Shown here one piece after another: positions 18,889-27,898 of a stretch of DNA of 61,169 nt (positions within the stretch are counted from its first letter, which is position 1; each line of letters opens with the position of its first letter). The DNA lies in the NCBI GenBank assembly GCA_017886645.1, contig JAGHJM010000099.1:1-61169 (forward strand), written 5' to 3'. Under the pieces are notes generated by a model. That model searched no databases, was not told where the DNA came from, and worked only from the letters and a program-made list of their open reading frames with translations. Made by a program: the position numbers and the translations under genes. The stretch is from Clostridia bacterium. GTDB taxonomy: Bacteria; Bacillota; Clostridia; TANB77; CAG-508.

Positions 18889-20796
18889 TTATGAAATTAA
18901 GCTATTCCATTCAATCATTTTTTCTTCCATTATCTTATTTAGTTCATCTATTTTTTTCTGAAGTTCTTCTAGCTTTATATAATCACTACTGTTTTCTTCT
19001 TTTATCATTTCATTTTCTATATTTCTTATTTCGTCTTCTAAATTATTTATTTCATTTTCTAGCTTTCCTATCTTATTTTTTATTTTTCTTTGTTCTTTAT
19101 TTATAAAATATTGATTATTAGTATTACTTTTTCCTTTATTTCTAGTATTTTCTTCGACCGTTTTCTCTATTTGCATACTTTCTTTTAATGTCTCTTCCTT
19201 TTCCTTGTACTCATCATATTTTCCATTAAAAAACATAACATTATCAGTCTCAAAAATCAGCATAGAATCTGCTATTTTATTTACAAAATATCTATCATGA
19301 GATACAAATATTAAGGTTCCTTTATATTCTTTAAGTATATTTTCCAAACTTTCCTTTCCTATTATATCCATATGGTTTGTTGGTTCATCTAATAATAATA
19401 AATTTGGTCCTTTTTTAAATATTTTACATAATTGTAATCTTGCTTTTTCTCCTCCTGATAATACTTTTATTTTCTTAAATACATCTTCTCCTGTAAACAA
19501 AAAAGTTCCCAATATTGTTCTAATTTGAGTTGTAGTTAGGTTTGGAAATTCTTCATAAAAATCATCAAATACTGTTTTTTCTACATCTTTAAATTCCATT
19601 TGTTGGTCAAAATATTCTTTTTCTACATGATATCCATATTCCAAATTTCCATTTATTTTAGGAATATTTCCATTTAAAGTTTTAAGCAATGTTGATTTTC
19701 CTATTCCATTTTCGCCAATAATAGCAAGTTTTTGACCTTTATATAGTTCAAAAGAAACTTTGGCAATTGCTTTATTGTTATATCCTATCTCTAAATCTTT
19801 TGCTGATAATACCATTTTTCCACTTTCCAATTTAATATTAAAATTCAAATGGAAAGTTTTTAAGTCATATCTATTTGGCTGTTCTATTATTGTCATTTGC
19901 TCTATTTTTTTCAATTTAGATAATGCCATTTTTGCTTTTGTTGGTTTGTATCTAAATCTATCAGCAATTGCTTTTAACCTTTTTATTTCTGCTTGTTGAT
20001 ATTCATAGTCTTTTAGTTGTTTTTCGTAATTAATTCTTTTTTGTTTTTCAAATGATGTGTAATCTCCAATATATTCTGTTATTGTGGCATATTCTATTTC
20101 ATATACCTTATTTACTATTCTATTTAAAAACATTCTATCATGAGATACAATAACCACTGCATTTGGATATGATTTTAAATAATTTTCTAACCATTCTATA
20201 GCAGTAATATCTAAATGGTTGGTAGGTTCATCTAATAGTAAAATATCTGGCTTGCTTAATAATAATTTTAAAAACGCAATTTTAGTTCTCTGCCCACCAG
20301 AAAATTGGTCTATTCTTTTATTTTTATCTTCTTCACTAAATCCAAATTTTTTTATGGCTATTTCATATTCTTTTTTATAAGTATATCCTCCAAGCATCTC
20401 AAATCTATCTAATTCTTCGGTATATTTCTTTATTAATTTATTATTTGTATTACTTTGTAATTCATAAGATAAATCTGAAATTTTTTTCTCTAATTGTAAA
20501 ATTGGAGTATAAACTTTTAATATTTCTTCTAACAATGTTTTTGTGGAATCTTCAAATTCTATTTGTTTTAAATATCCTATACTTTGAACACCTTGCTTAT
20601 ATATACTAAATTTTTCTTCTCCGATTCCTTCTTCTAGCATTTCATTTTCTACTATTGCTTTTAATAATGTCGTCTTTCCACTTCCATTTCTTCCAACAAT
20701 AGCAATCTTTTCTTTATCTTTTATTTCAAAATTAATCTCTTCTAATATTGTTTCTGCTCCATATGATACAGCACCATTTACTATTTTGTAATTCAT
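18889..20796 (-). CDS. ABC-F family ATPase
   Basis: It has two ABC domains with no TM domain (GRNGSGKTT and GENGIGKST, plus two LSGG signatures) and a coiled-coil C-terminus. Confidence 0.85.
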   Translation of the reverse strand: MNYKIVNGAVSYGAETILEEINFEIKDKEKIAIVGRNGSGKTTLLKAIVENEMLEEGIGEEKFSIYKQGVQSIGYLKQIEFEDSTKTLLEEILKVYTPILQLEKKISDLSYELQSNTNNKLIKKYTEELDRFEMLGGYTYKKEYEIAIKKFGFSEEDKNKRIDQFSGGQRTKIAFLKLLLSKPDILLLDEPTNHLDITAIEWLENYLKSYPNAVVIVSHDRMFLNRIVNKVYEIEYATITEYIGDYTSFEKQKRINYEKQLKDYEYQQAEIKRLKAIADRFRYKPTKAKMALSKLKKIEQMTIIEQPNRYDLKTFHLNFNIKLESGKMVLSAKDLEIGYNNKAIAKVSFELYKGQKLAIIGENGIGKSTLLKTLNGNIPKINGNLEYGYHVEKEYFDQQMEFKDVEKTVFDDFYEEFPNLTTTQIRTILGTFLFTGEDVFKKIKVLSGGEKARLQLCKIFKKGPNLLLLDEPTNHMDIIGKESLENILKEYKGTLIFVSHDRYFVNKIADSMLIFETDNVMFFNGKYDEYKEKEETLKESMQIEKTVEENTRNKGKSNTNNQYFINKEQRKIKNKIGKLENEINNLEDEIRNIENEMIKEENSSDYIKLEELQKKIDELNKIMEEKMIEWNSLIS

Positions 20797-20892
20797 TTTT
20801 GTCCTCTCATAAAATTTAATTGTCTATCTATTTTATATCATAAAATAAGCAAAAATAATAGACTTTTAGATATTTATTTTCTTTTATAACAT

Positions 20893-20924
20893 AAAAAAGC
20901 TCCCCACCACACTGCGGTGAGGAG
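20893..20924 (-). terminator. rho-independent terminator after the 92-aa ORF
   Basis: The minus strand reads CTCCTCACC-gcagtgt-GGTGGGGAG followed by T6. Confidence 0.75.
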
Positions 20925-20934
20925 AGTGAAAGTA

Positions 20935-21213
20935 TTACATGTCCACATAGTACCCGGAATTCTTGTTAGTCTCCCGGTTGTATCTGCATTTTGGGCTTGT
21001 CACCCCCCGACACCCAACGCACATTGTGCCAGTACAAAACTGGTGGAACTCGCCATTGTAAACGGTGCCATATAGTGCCAAAACGGTCTTGCCAGGGGTA
21101 TCTGTGAGCTCGACCTCGAAAAAGCCATTTCCGGCTCTTCCTTCTTTTCCAATGCAGACTCCGGTCTCTTCGAGAACGACGTTCCCAAATGAAGACAATA
21201 CTCTCTTATACAT
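20935..21213 (-). CDS. hypothetical Cys-rich small protein (92 aa), compositionally foreign
   Basis: GGAGG lies 8 nt before the ATG at 21213 (MYKRVLSS..), so the track's upstream extension is probably not translated. One hand-counted line gives about 55% GC. It has its own promoter and terminator. Confidence 0.55.
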   Translation of the reverse strand: MYKRVLSSFGNVVLEETGVCIGKEGRAGNGFFEVELTDTPGKTVLALYGTVYNGEFHQFCTGTMCVGCRGVTSPKCRYNRETNKNSGYYVDM

Positions 21214-21270
21214 CCTTTTGTCCTCCAATGCTGTAATATTTTGTTCACATAGAACAAGATGCATAATATA

Positions 21271-21299
21271 ATTATACCACTTTTCTGCCAATAAAGCAA
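21271..21299 (-). promoter_or_regulatory. sigma-A promoter with extended -10 for the 92-aa ORF
   Basis: The minus strand reads TTGCTT, a 17-nt spacer ending in TGg, then TATAAT. It overlaps the hairpin ATACCACTATTTT..AAAAGTGGTAT just after the trxA stop. Confidence 0.6.
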
Positions 21300-21317
21300 A
21301 ATAGTGGTATTTTTTTA

Positions 21318-21632
21318 TTATAATCCTAAATTTCTTATTAATTCATTTTTGTCTTGAACACCAACTGTTGATGCAGTCTCTTGACCATTTTTAAATAATT
21401 TAAATGTTGGTATACTCATAACTCCATATTGTTCTGCAATTTCTGGTGCTTCATCTATATTTATTTTAGCTACCTTTATTTTATCTTTAAGTTCTTCTCC
21501 TATTGTATCTACTGTTGGTGCCATCATTTTACAAGGATTACACCATTCTGCCCAAAAATCTACTAAAACTGGTATATTTGATTTTAGTACCTCTTCTTCA
21601 AAATTTTGATTTGTTAATTTTATAACTGACAT
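21318..21632 (-). CDS. trxA: thioredoxin
   Basis: It is 104 aa and has the active site WAEWCNPCK, a WCNPC variant of WCGPC. Confidence 0.9.
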   Translation of the reverse strand: MSVIKLTNQNFEEEVLKSNIPVLVDFWAEWCNPCKMMAPTVDTIGEELKDKIKVAKINIDEAPEIAEQYGVMSIPTFKLFKNGQETASTVGVQDKNELIRNLGL

Positions 21633-21643
21633 ATTCTTACCTC

Positions 21644-22501
21644 CTATTTATTATTTTTAACTTTTTTTATTATTTCTAAACCTACTTTCATGCCATCATA
21701 TACTGCCTTACTAATTTGAAGTATTCCTCCTACACAATCACCACATGCATATAAATTTGGTACAGTTGTTTCCATATTTTCATTTACTACTATATTATTA
21801 TTTTCTATTCTTGCTCCAATTTTTCTTGCTAAATCACTTGTAGATGCAGTTCCTATAGCAATAAAAACACCACTTACATCTTCTTTTGTACCATCATCAA
21901 AGATAATTTCATTTACATTTTCAGAACCTCTTACTTCTCTTATTTTCTTTTCGTTTACATTTATTGATATATCTCTATTTTCCACTGGTCTTTCTCCATT
22001 TGTTAAAAGTATTACAGATTTTGTAACAGGCTTAAGAACTTCTGCTTCGTGAATAGCATAATTTCCATTTCCTAAAACTGCTACATTTTTATTTTTATAA
22101 AAAAATGCATCACAAACAGCACAATAACTTATTCCTTTCCCTTCAAATTCTTTTATTCCTTTTATAACAGGTGCTTTTCTGCTAGTTCCTGTAGCTAGTA
22201 CAACATATTTTGAATAAAATGAGTTATTTACAGTTATAACTTCAAAATTATTATTATAATTTAATTGTACTACTTCATCTTTGACTAGATCGATATTTAA
22301 ATTTTTTAATTGTTCTATTCCTCTATTAAATAACTCTTTTCCTGATATTTTTGAAAATCCATAATAATTTTCTATTTTTTCAGTTTTTCCTAAAGCTCCA
22401 AATCCATTATATATAACTAATGGATTAAGACCTCCTCTTTTAGCATATATAGCAGCTGTGACTCCTGCAGGTCCACTTCCTATAATTATAACATCATACA
22501 T
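21644..22501 (-). CDS. thioredoxin-reductase-like flavoprotein, possibly a ferredoxin-dependent (FFTR-type) enzyme
   Basis: It has the FAD motif IIGSGPAG and the redox motif CAVCD. GNGNYAIHEA stands where the NADPH GGGxSAxEEA motif is expected, and I see no HRR motif. Confidence 0.7.
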   Translation of the reverse strand: MYDVIIIGSGPAGVTAAIYAKRGGLNPLVIYNGFGALGKTEKIENYYGFSKISGKELFNRGIEQLKNLNIDLVKDEVVQLNYNNNFEVITVNNSFYSKYVVLATGTSRKAPVIKGIKEFEGKGISYCAVCDAFFYKNKNVAVLGNGNYAIHEAEVLKPVTKSVILLTNGERPVENRDISINVNEKKIREVRGSENVNEIIFDDGTKEDVSGVFIAIGTASTSDLARKIGARIENNNIVVNENMETTVPNLYACGDCVGGILQISKAVYDGMKVGLEIIKKVKNNK

Positions 22502-22587
22502 ATTATATTAACCTCTATAAACTATATGTATTGTAAATTAACATATAGCCTTAAATTGAAATTCAATTTAAGGCTAGTACTTTTCTA

Positions 22588-22914
22588 TTAATCTACAAAA
22601 TTAAAATCATCTTTAAATTTTTCTTTAAACTTTTCAAATACAGCATTTAAAATTTCTTCATCTTCAACACTTACATACGATTCTTCATCTTCATTATCTG
22701 TATCTTCTAATTTTAATATTACTACTTCTCCTGGTTCTTCTTCGTCTTCTTCATCTTCAACAGGTAGTAAAATTACATATTCTTCTCCTTCGTATTCTAT
22801 TAAGTCTAAAAATTCAAATTCTACTTCATTTCCTTCTTCATCATTTAATGTTAATATATTGTCTAATTCCTCTCCTTCATTTTCTAGTGGGGTATTGTTT
22901 TTGTTTTCTTCCAT
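22588..22914 (-). CDS. DUF1292-family acidic protein
   Basis: It carries DEEGNEVEFEFLDLIEYEGEEYVILLP. Confidence 0.75.
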   Translation of the reverse strand: MEENKNNTPLENEGEELDNILTLNDEEGNEVEFEFLDLIEYEGEEYVILLPVEDEEDEEEPGEVVILKLEDTDNEDEESYVSVEDEEILNAVFEKFKEKFKDDFNFVD

Positions 22915-23024
22915 CTTCTTCTCCTTTCAAACTTAAAATCTTTATATAAAATATTGTATTTCTACAATGTTAAAATCTAATTAATATTATTCGCAACTTT
23001 AGTTAATCTATACTAAAGTTTATA

Positions 23025-23447
23025 CTATTTTTTGTTTATATATGTTTCTAATATATATACAGCAGAAATAGTATCTACTATATCTTTCTTTTTATATTTA
23101 TTAATATTTAAAAAATTCATTGTTTTATGTGCAGCAACTGTAGTAAGCCTTTCATCAATTGTAACTATTTTAATTTTATTAAACTTACATTTTAACTTAT
23201 GAATAAATTTTTCTGTTACCTCTGCCCTTTGTGTTTTTGTTCCATTCATATTGTATGGCATTCCAATAACAAAAGTATCGACATCATAGTTTTGTAATAA
23301 TTCTTCTAATCTTTTTAAAACTATCTTGTCGTTTCCCTTATGATATACTGTTTCCAAGCCTTGTGCAGTTATGCCTAGCTCATCTGTAATAGCTAAACCC
23401 ACTCTACTATCACCATAGTCAATTCCTAATTTTCTCATATTAATCAT
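23025..23447 (-). CDS. ruvX: Holliday-junction resolvase-like RuvX/YqgF
   Basis: It carries [13 protein letters not shown]. Two in-frame ATGs are possible (23447 or 23438), and the gene overlaps the ireB stop. Confidence 0.85.
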   Translation of the reverse strand: MINMRKLGIDYGDSRVGLAITDELGITAQGLETVYHKGNDKIVLKRLEELLQNYDVDTFVIGMPYNMNGTKTQRAEVTEKFIHKLKCKFNKIKIVTIDERLTTVAAHKTMNFLNINKYKKKDIVDTISAVYILETYINKK

Positions 23448-23694
23448 CTAGTCCTATATAGTTCTTTACCATTTTTTCCAAAAGCTCGTCTCTTTCTACT
23501 TGTCTTATTAGGTTTCGTGCATTATTATGACTTGTTATATAAGTTGGATCTCCAGACAATATATATCCAACTATTTGGTTTATTGGATTATATCCTTTTT
23601 CTTCAAGCGCTTTATACACTTCTTTTAAAATTTCTCTAGCCTTAATACTCTTGTCTCTTTCTACTTTAAAACTTACTGTTTCGTCCATATTCAT
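23440..23694 (-). CDS. ireB: IreB-family regulatory phosphoprotein (UPF0297)
   Basis: It carries [32 protein letters not shown]. Confidence 0.85.
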   Translation of the reverse strand: MNMDETVSFKVERDKSIKAREILKEVYKALEEKGYNPINQIVGYILSGDPTYITSHNNARNLIRQVERDELLEKMVKNYIGLDD

Positions 23695-23709
23695 AATACC
23701 TTACCTCCT

Positions 23710-24795
23710 TTATAAATTATTTATATCACTTTCTTTTGGATTTGCACTATCTAAATACTCTTCTAATTTTTTTGTTACTCCATCTAATGCAGTTCCTTTA
23801 TAATATGTTGAAATAGCTATATTAATTTTGGGGCTAGCAAATACTTCTTCATCTTCTTCGCCAACCACTGGTATTTCTAGTGCTTCTACTTTTCTTTTCA
23901 TTTCTTTCATAAAATCTGCCACAGTATTTAATTCTATTCCTGAAAATACAATAGCAAATTTTGGTCCCATATATCTTACAAAAATATACTCACTTGAAAT
24001 TTCTTTACTTATTTCTCTGCAAACTTCTGTAATAGTATTGTTTCCTGTTTCTCTATTAAACTTTTGATTTATATCAACTAAATTTATTATTTTAAACATA
24101 CATACTGTTGAAGTAGTATATTTATCAATAATTTTTTTAGCTTCACCATACAAATATTCTGCTGACTTTAATTTACTAAATTGATCATCTCTAACAATAT
24201 TTTGTAAAGTATCTTGATTTTGAATGGTTTTTAATACAGATACAATATTACTTTTTACAACTTCTAACATTGTTACATCTATATTATCAAACTCATGAGG
24301 TCTACTTCCTTCGATAATCCAATATCCTATATATACATTATCTATATATAAAGGGAAAAAGATAGCTGATTTAGCTCTTCCAAATTCCATTTTTTGATAT
24401 GGTAGCCTTTCTCCTTCTTGATTTACTGTTATATATTTAGGTACGGCAGTTTCTATACTTTCTTTAAATGTATCTTCACTATTTAAATTTCTTAAAGTAT
24501 CCCAATGTTTTTCTTCTACATTCGAAGCTCTTATTACATATTCTGCACCATTATATGTTACTATTGTAGAATATTTAATTTCATAACGTTCTATTAATAT
24601 ATTATTTATTTTTTGAAGTTTTTCATTAGTTGACTCTTCCTCTCCTAAAGTGTCCATAAAATCTTGTAATATATTTAAGTTAGTAATTTTCTGATTTATA
24701 TTATTAAAGCTTTGAATTTTTTTATGAATAGACATATTGTAAAACATTAGTACTGCAATAATTATTACTAGTATTACTATTACCGCTATTATCAA
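23710..24795 (-). CDS. membrane-anchored sensor with a degenerate GGDEF domain
   Basis: An N-terminal TM helix and a central GAF-like region precede a GGDEF-like segment, VCMFKIINLVDINQKFNRETGN..FVRYMGPKFAIVFSG. In that segment the GGDEF motif reads MGPKF. Confidence 0.55.
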   Translation of the reverse strand: MIIAVIVILVIIIAVLMFYNMSIHKKIQSFNNINQKITNLNILQDFMDTLGEEESTNEKLQKINNILIERYEIKYSTIVTYNGAEYVIRASNVEEKHWDTLRNLNSEDTFKESIETAVPKYITVNQEGERLPYQKMEFGRAKSAIFFPLYIDNVYIGYWIIEGSRPHEFDNIDVTMLEVVKSNIVSVLKTIQNQDTLQNIVRDDQFSKLKSAEYLYGEAKKIIDKYTTSTVCMFKIINLVDINQKFNRETGNNTITEVCREISKEISSEYIFVRYMGPKFAIVFSGIELNTVADFMKEMKRKVEALEIPVVGEEDEEVFASPKINIAISTYYKGTALDGVTKKLEEYLDSANPKESDINNL

Positions 24796-24827
24796 AAGTT
24801 ATCACCTCAATTTCTGTAATATAGTGT

Positions 24828-27383
24828 TTATAAATTTTTCTTCATTTTATCTAAGGTACTGTTCATATTTGGATTAAATGTTGTTGTTTTATTTGCATAA
24901 TACCCTGCATTAGGTTGATTTATTCTTTTAGCTGCATCTTTTGCAATTAATGGATATACCATACTAGTAAGTTTTGACATGGCTGACATAAAATTTTTAG
25001 AATATCCATTTGTTGTTATTTTACAATTAACTAATCCTTCTAAATATTTTGAATATGTTTGTTCTTCAAATGGTATTACACAATATGGTATACTATCTTT
25101 ATTAAATAGTTCTGTCATAAATGACATTGCTGGATCATTATAAAATGCCATTCCTCCTATTATTGTTCTTTCTGTTATACTTTTAACCCTCAAAACTTTG
25201 TTTAAAACCACTTTTAATTTTTCTGGCTCTAATATATTTTTTGCCTTTAAATCCCTTAAAAAAGCTGTAAGCGGTTGTATAGTTAATACATCATATGATT
25301 GTACCAAATATAGTTCTTGAGCAATTCTAAAGTACTCAATATTTGTATCAAAATCACAATCTAATATAACTAAAGAATAATTGCTAATAAGTGTTTGCAT
25401 TATATTTGATGCGTCATTTATATCTTGATTTTCTCCTGGTAATGTAGTATATACATCAAGATTTTTGTGAACATTAATACCTTGTGCATTACCTCTTCTC
25501 AAATTATCTATACAATTAAAAGCAATTTTTCTTAAATCTTCTTCATTTTCTGTATAAATATAATATGCATTTTTATTTTTAGTTAAGTCTAATATCGCTG
25601 TTTTTATGCCATTTTGAGAGATAATTTCTGCAATATTATTTACTAAGAAAGATGTTCCGTTTTTAGATGTACCCACAAATGAAACCACTTTTTTATCGGC
25701 AGTTAATAATCTTGTTAAGTCAATATTAGTATTTTGTATACTTTGCATACTTGTATTTTGATTTGACTGATTTACATTATTCATGTAATTATTAATATTT
25801 CCTTGATTATAACCATTACTTTGATTATATGCACTATTTTGATTATAATCATTCTTAAAGTTAGAATTACTTGTACTATTATATAAATTATTTATATTAT
25901 TATTTGATTCTATATTATTTTCTTCTTCTACTTCTTCAAATCCTGGTAATATTGTTGTCTCCTCATTGTTATTATTACCATTTCCTTGAGCTGCATTACT
26001 TATATCTGTATTGTCTTCTTCGTCATCTAAGTCAAATAAGTTAACAATAGGCTCTTCTTTTTCAGATTTTACAATGTTTTGATATCCATCCACATCACTT
26101 TGTAATGTTGGTTGAACATTTTCTTCATTTTCAACAATTGGTTGAACTTTTCTAGGTCTTCCTCTCTTTTTTGGTTGAGATGGTGTTTCTGAATCAAGAC
26201 CAGGTAATACATTTGTGGCTTCAGGATTTTTTCTAGGTCTTCCTCTTCTTTTAGGTTGTACAGGTACTTCTACATTTTCTTCAGTATTGTCACCCTCTGA
26301 TTCAATTATTCCCTTTAATTCTTCTTTTATAGAAGCTAATGGATCATCGTCTTCTTGAACCATGCCACCTCCTACAGGTTGCCCTGCATTTTGAGTTTGC
26401 TTAATGCTATCATTAAAATTAACATCTTGGAATCCATCTGTTTCATCTATAGGATTTTGTTCTATCTTTGTTACATTATTTATATTCATCGCACTTGGTA
26501 CAATTACAGGTTTTGTTAATTTATTTTTTTCTAGTTGTTTTTGAATTATATCTATCTTTGAATTATCAAATTTAGTATTAGTATTTGTATTAGATTTTAT
26601 TTTAGCTTTATAATTTTCCGGAGTTGCTGAATATGTTTTGCTAGGAGCAGAAACAGCTCTTGGAGTACTACTATTTTGATTAAAACTTGTTCCCATCATT
26701 ACTTCTTGATATTTTGGGCATTCTGCTTCCAAAACAGCTTTAACATTAAGAGGTAAAAATTTTGCTATTATTTTTAATTGCTCATTTGTATACTGAGCTG
26801 CAATACTGTTAAAACTATCTACATATTTTTCTTCATTTTTTCCTAATCTTTTATAATGCATTAATATATTTTGAATTTCTACTTCGCTAACATCATTTTC
26901 GTTTTCTGGTTTATAGTCAACATCATCGGTATCTATTTTATAATAAATTTTTGCTTCTTTTTTTGTACGTGGTACATTAATTAACTTACATACATTTGTT
27001 ATAGTTCTATCTTGACCAATTAGCGCACTATATATTCCAATACTAAATAATTTTACTAAAATTGAATCTGCTTTATTTCTTCTGTCTGTACAAATTAATA
27101 TTATTGGTATATCTTCTCCTGAAGCATTTGAAGCTTCATCACTTACTTTATCCAATCTGTCAAAAATAAATTTGTCCATAGCATCATAGTTATTGTTTGA
27201 AAACATTTCCAAGTCTTCTCCAATTACTATTCTGTCATAAGACTTATCTTCTTGTAGTTCCTTTAAAAGTGCATTAAAATAATATACATTTTTACTAGAA
27301 ATCAATTCTTTATAATCTTGTTGATATTTTTTTATAATTGAATCTGATATATGCTCATTATTAACAGCAAATAATACCTTCAT
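24828..27383 (-). CDS. multidomain protein: receiver-like N-terminus, two AT-hooks, an N/Q-rich low-complexity region and a ParA/MinD(CpaE)-like C-terminal domain
   Basis: The AT-hooks are KRRGRPRKNP and KKRGRPRKVQ. A long Asn/Gln-rich tract follows. The C-terminal part carries the deviant Walker-like VVSFVGTSKNGTSFLVNNIA. Confidence 0.55.
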   Translation of the reverse strand: MKVLFAVNNEHISDSIIKKYQQDYKELISSKNVYYFNALLKELQEDKSYDRIVIGEDLEMFSNNNYDAMDKFIFDRLDKVSDEASNASGEDIPIILICTDRRNKADSILVKLFSIGIYSALIGQDRTITNVCKLINVPRTKKEAKIYYKIDTDDVDYKPENENDVSEVEIQNILMHYKRLGKNEEKYVDSFNSIAAQYTNEQLKIIAKFLPLNVKAVLEAECPKYQEVMMGTSFNQNSSTPRAVSAPSKTYSATPENYKAKIKSNTNTNTKFDNSKIDIIQKQLEKNKLTKPVIVPSAMNINNVTKIEQNPIDETDGFQDVNFNDSIKQTQNAGQPVGGGMVQEDDDPLASIKEELKGIIESEGDNTEENVEVPVQPKRRGRPRKNPEATNVLPGLDSETPSQPKKRGRPRKVQPIVENEENVQPTLQSDVDGYQNIVKSEKEEPIVNLFDLDDEEDNTDISNAAQGNGNNNNEETTILPGFEEVEEENNIESNNNINNLYNSTSNSNFKNDYNQNSAYNQSNGYNQGNINNYMNNVNQSNQNTSMQSIQNTNIDLTRLLTADKKVVSFVGTSKNGTSFLVNNIAEIISQNGIKTAILDLTKNKNAYYIYTENEEDLRKIAFNCIDNLRRGNAQGINVHKNLDVYTTLPGENQDINDASNIMQTLISNYSLVILDCDFDTNIEYFRIAQELYLVQSYDVLTIQPLTAFLRDLKAKNILEPEKLKVVLNKVLRVKSITERTIIGGMAFYNDPAMSFMTELFNKDSIPYCVIPFEEQTYSKYLEGLVNCKITTNGYSKNFMSAMSKLTSMVYPLIAKDAAKRINQPNAGYYANKTTTFNPNMNSTLDKMKKNL

Positions 27384-27387
27384 TTGT

Positions 27388-27804
27388 TTATCCCCTCCAA
27401 CCTCTTACTACAATAGCAAAAATTAATGGTAAAACTTGGCATATAACCATAACAGTAATAATACCTATCATTACGCCAAATCCTTTTTCTTGTGTGTCCA
27501 ATTTTCTTATACCTAAAACATATCTATGTATTGCTGCAATTACTATTCCAACAAAGCCAAATGGAATACTATATATTCTTACTATATTTAATATATATGC
27601 TACCAAGCCATATGTATCATTTCCGTATGCTACTTGATAGTCTTCTAAAGTACTTAGCGCTCTGTCTTTTAATTCTACTAAATTAGTGGTAGAGCTTGTT
27701 GTTTCTATAACATTATTTTGATTTGTATTAGTTGCTTGTACTGGAATTATTAACATGCTTATTATAATAAATACTATAATAAAACTTACTATTATTTTTT
27801 TCAT
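27388..27804 (-). CDS. small membrane protein with a signal peptide
   Basis: It is 138 aa, with a signal peptide and 2-3 TM helices. Its stop lies 4 nt from the start of the next gene. Confidence 0.5.
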   Translation of the reverse strand: MKKIIVSFIIVFIIISMLIIPVQATNTNQNNVIETTSSTTNLVELKDRALSTLEDYQVAYGNDTYGLVAYILNIVRIYSIPFGFVGIVIAAIHRYVLGIRKLDTQEKGFGVMIGIITVMVICQVLPLIFAIVVRGWRG

Positions 27805-27898
27805 TTAAGTACTCCTTTCCTTTATTTGCGTAAGTACATATAACTTATTATATGATACAATAATATAGAGAAAATATCAAGAAAAAAACAATATATTT

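Noticed and set aside
20893-21299. The second GC-rich patch could be tmRNA or RNase P, since a CTCCCCACCAC string resembles a tmRNA 3' end.
   Set aside because: That string is one arm of a terminator hairpin. There is no T-arm, no GGGG 5' end and no GAGGAAAGTCC box. A GGAGG-ATG ORF explains the region better.
21000-21299. Alternative ORFs lie in the same GC-rich block: a 99-aa minus-strand ORF and a 68-aa plus-strand ORF at 21065-21271.
   Set aside because: They have no SD and overlap the better-supported frame. Long spurious ORFs are expected in GC-rich sequence.
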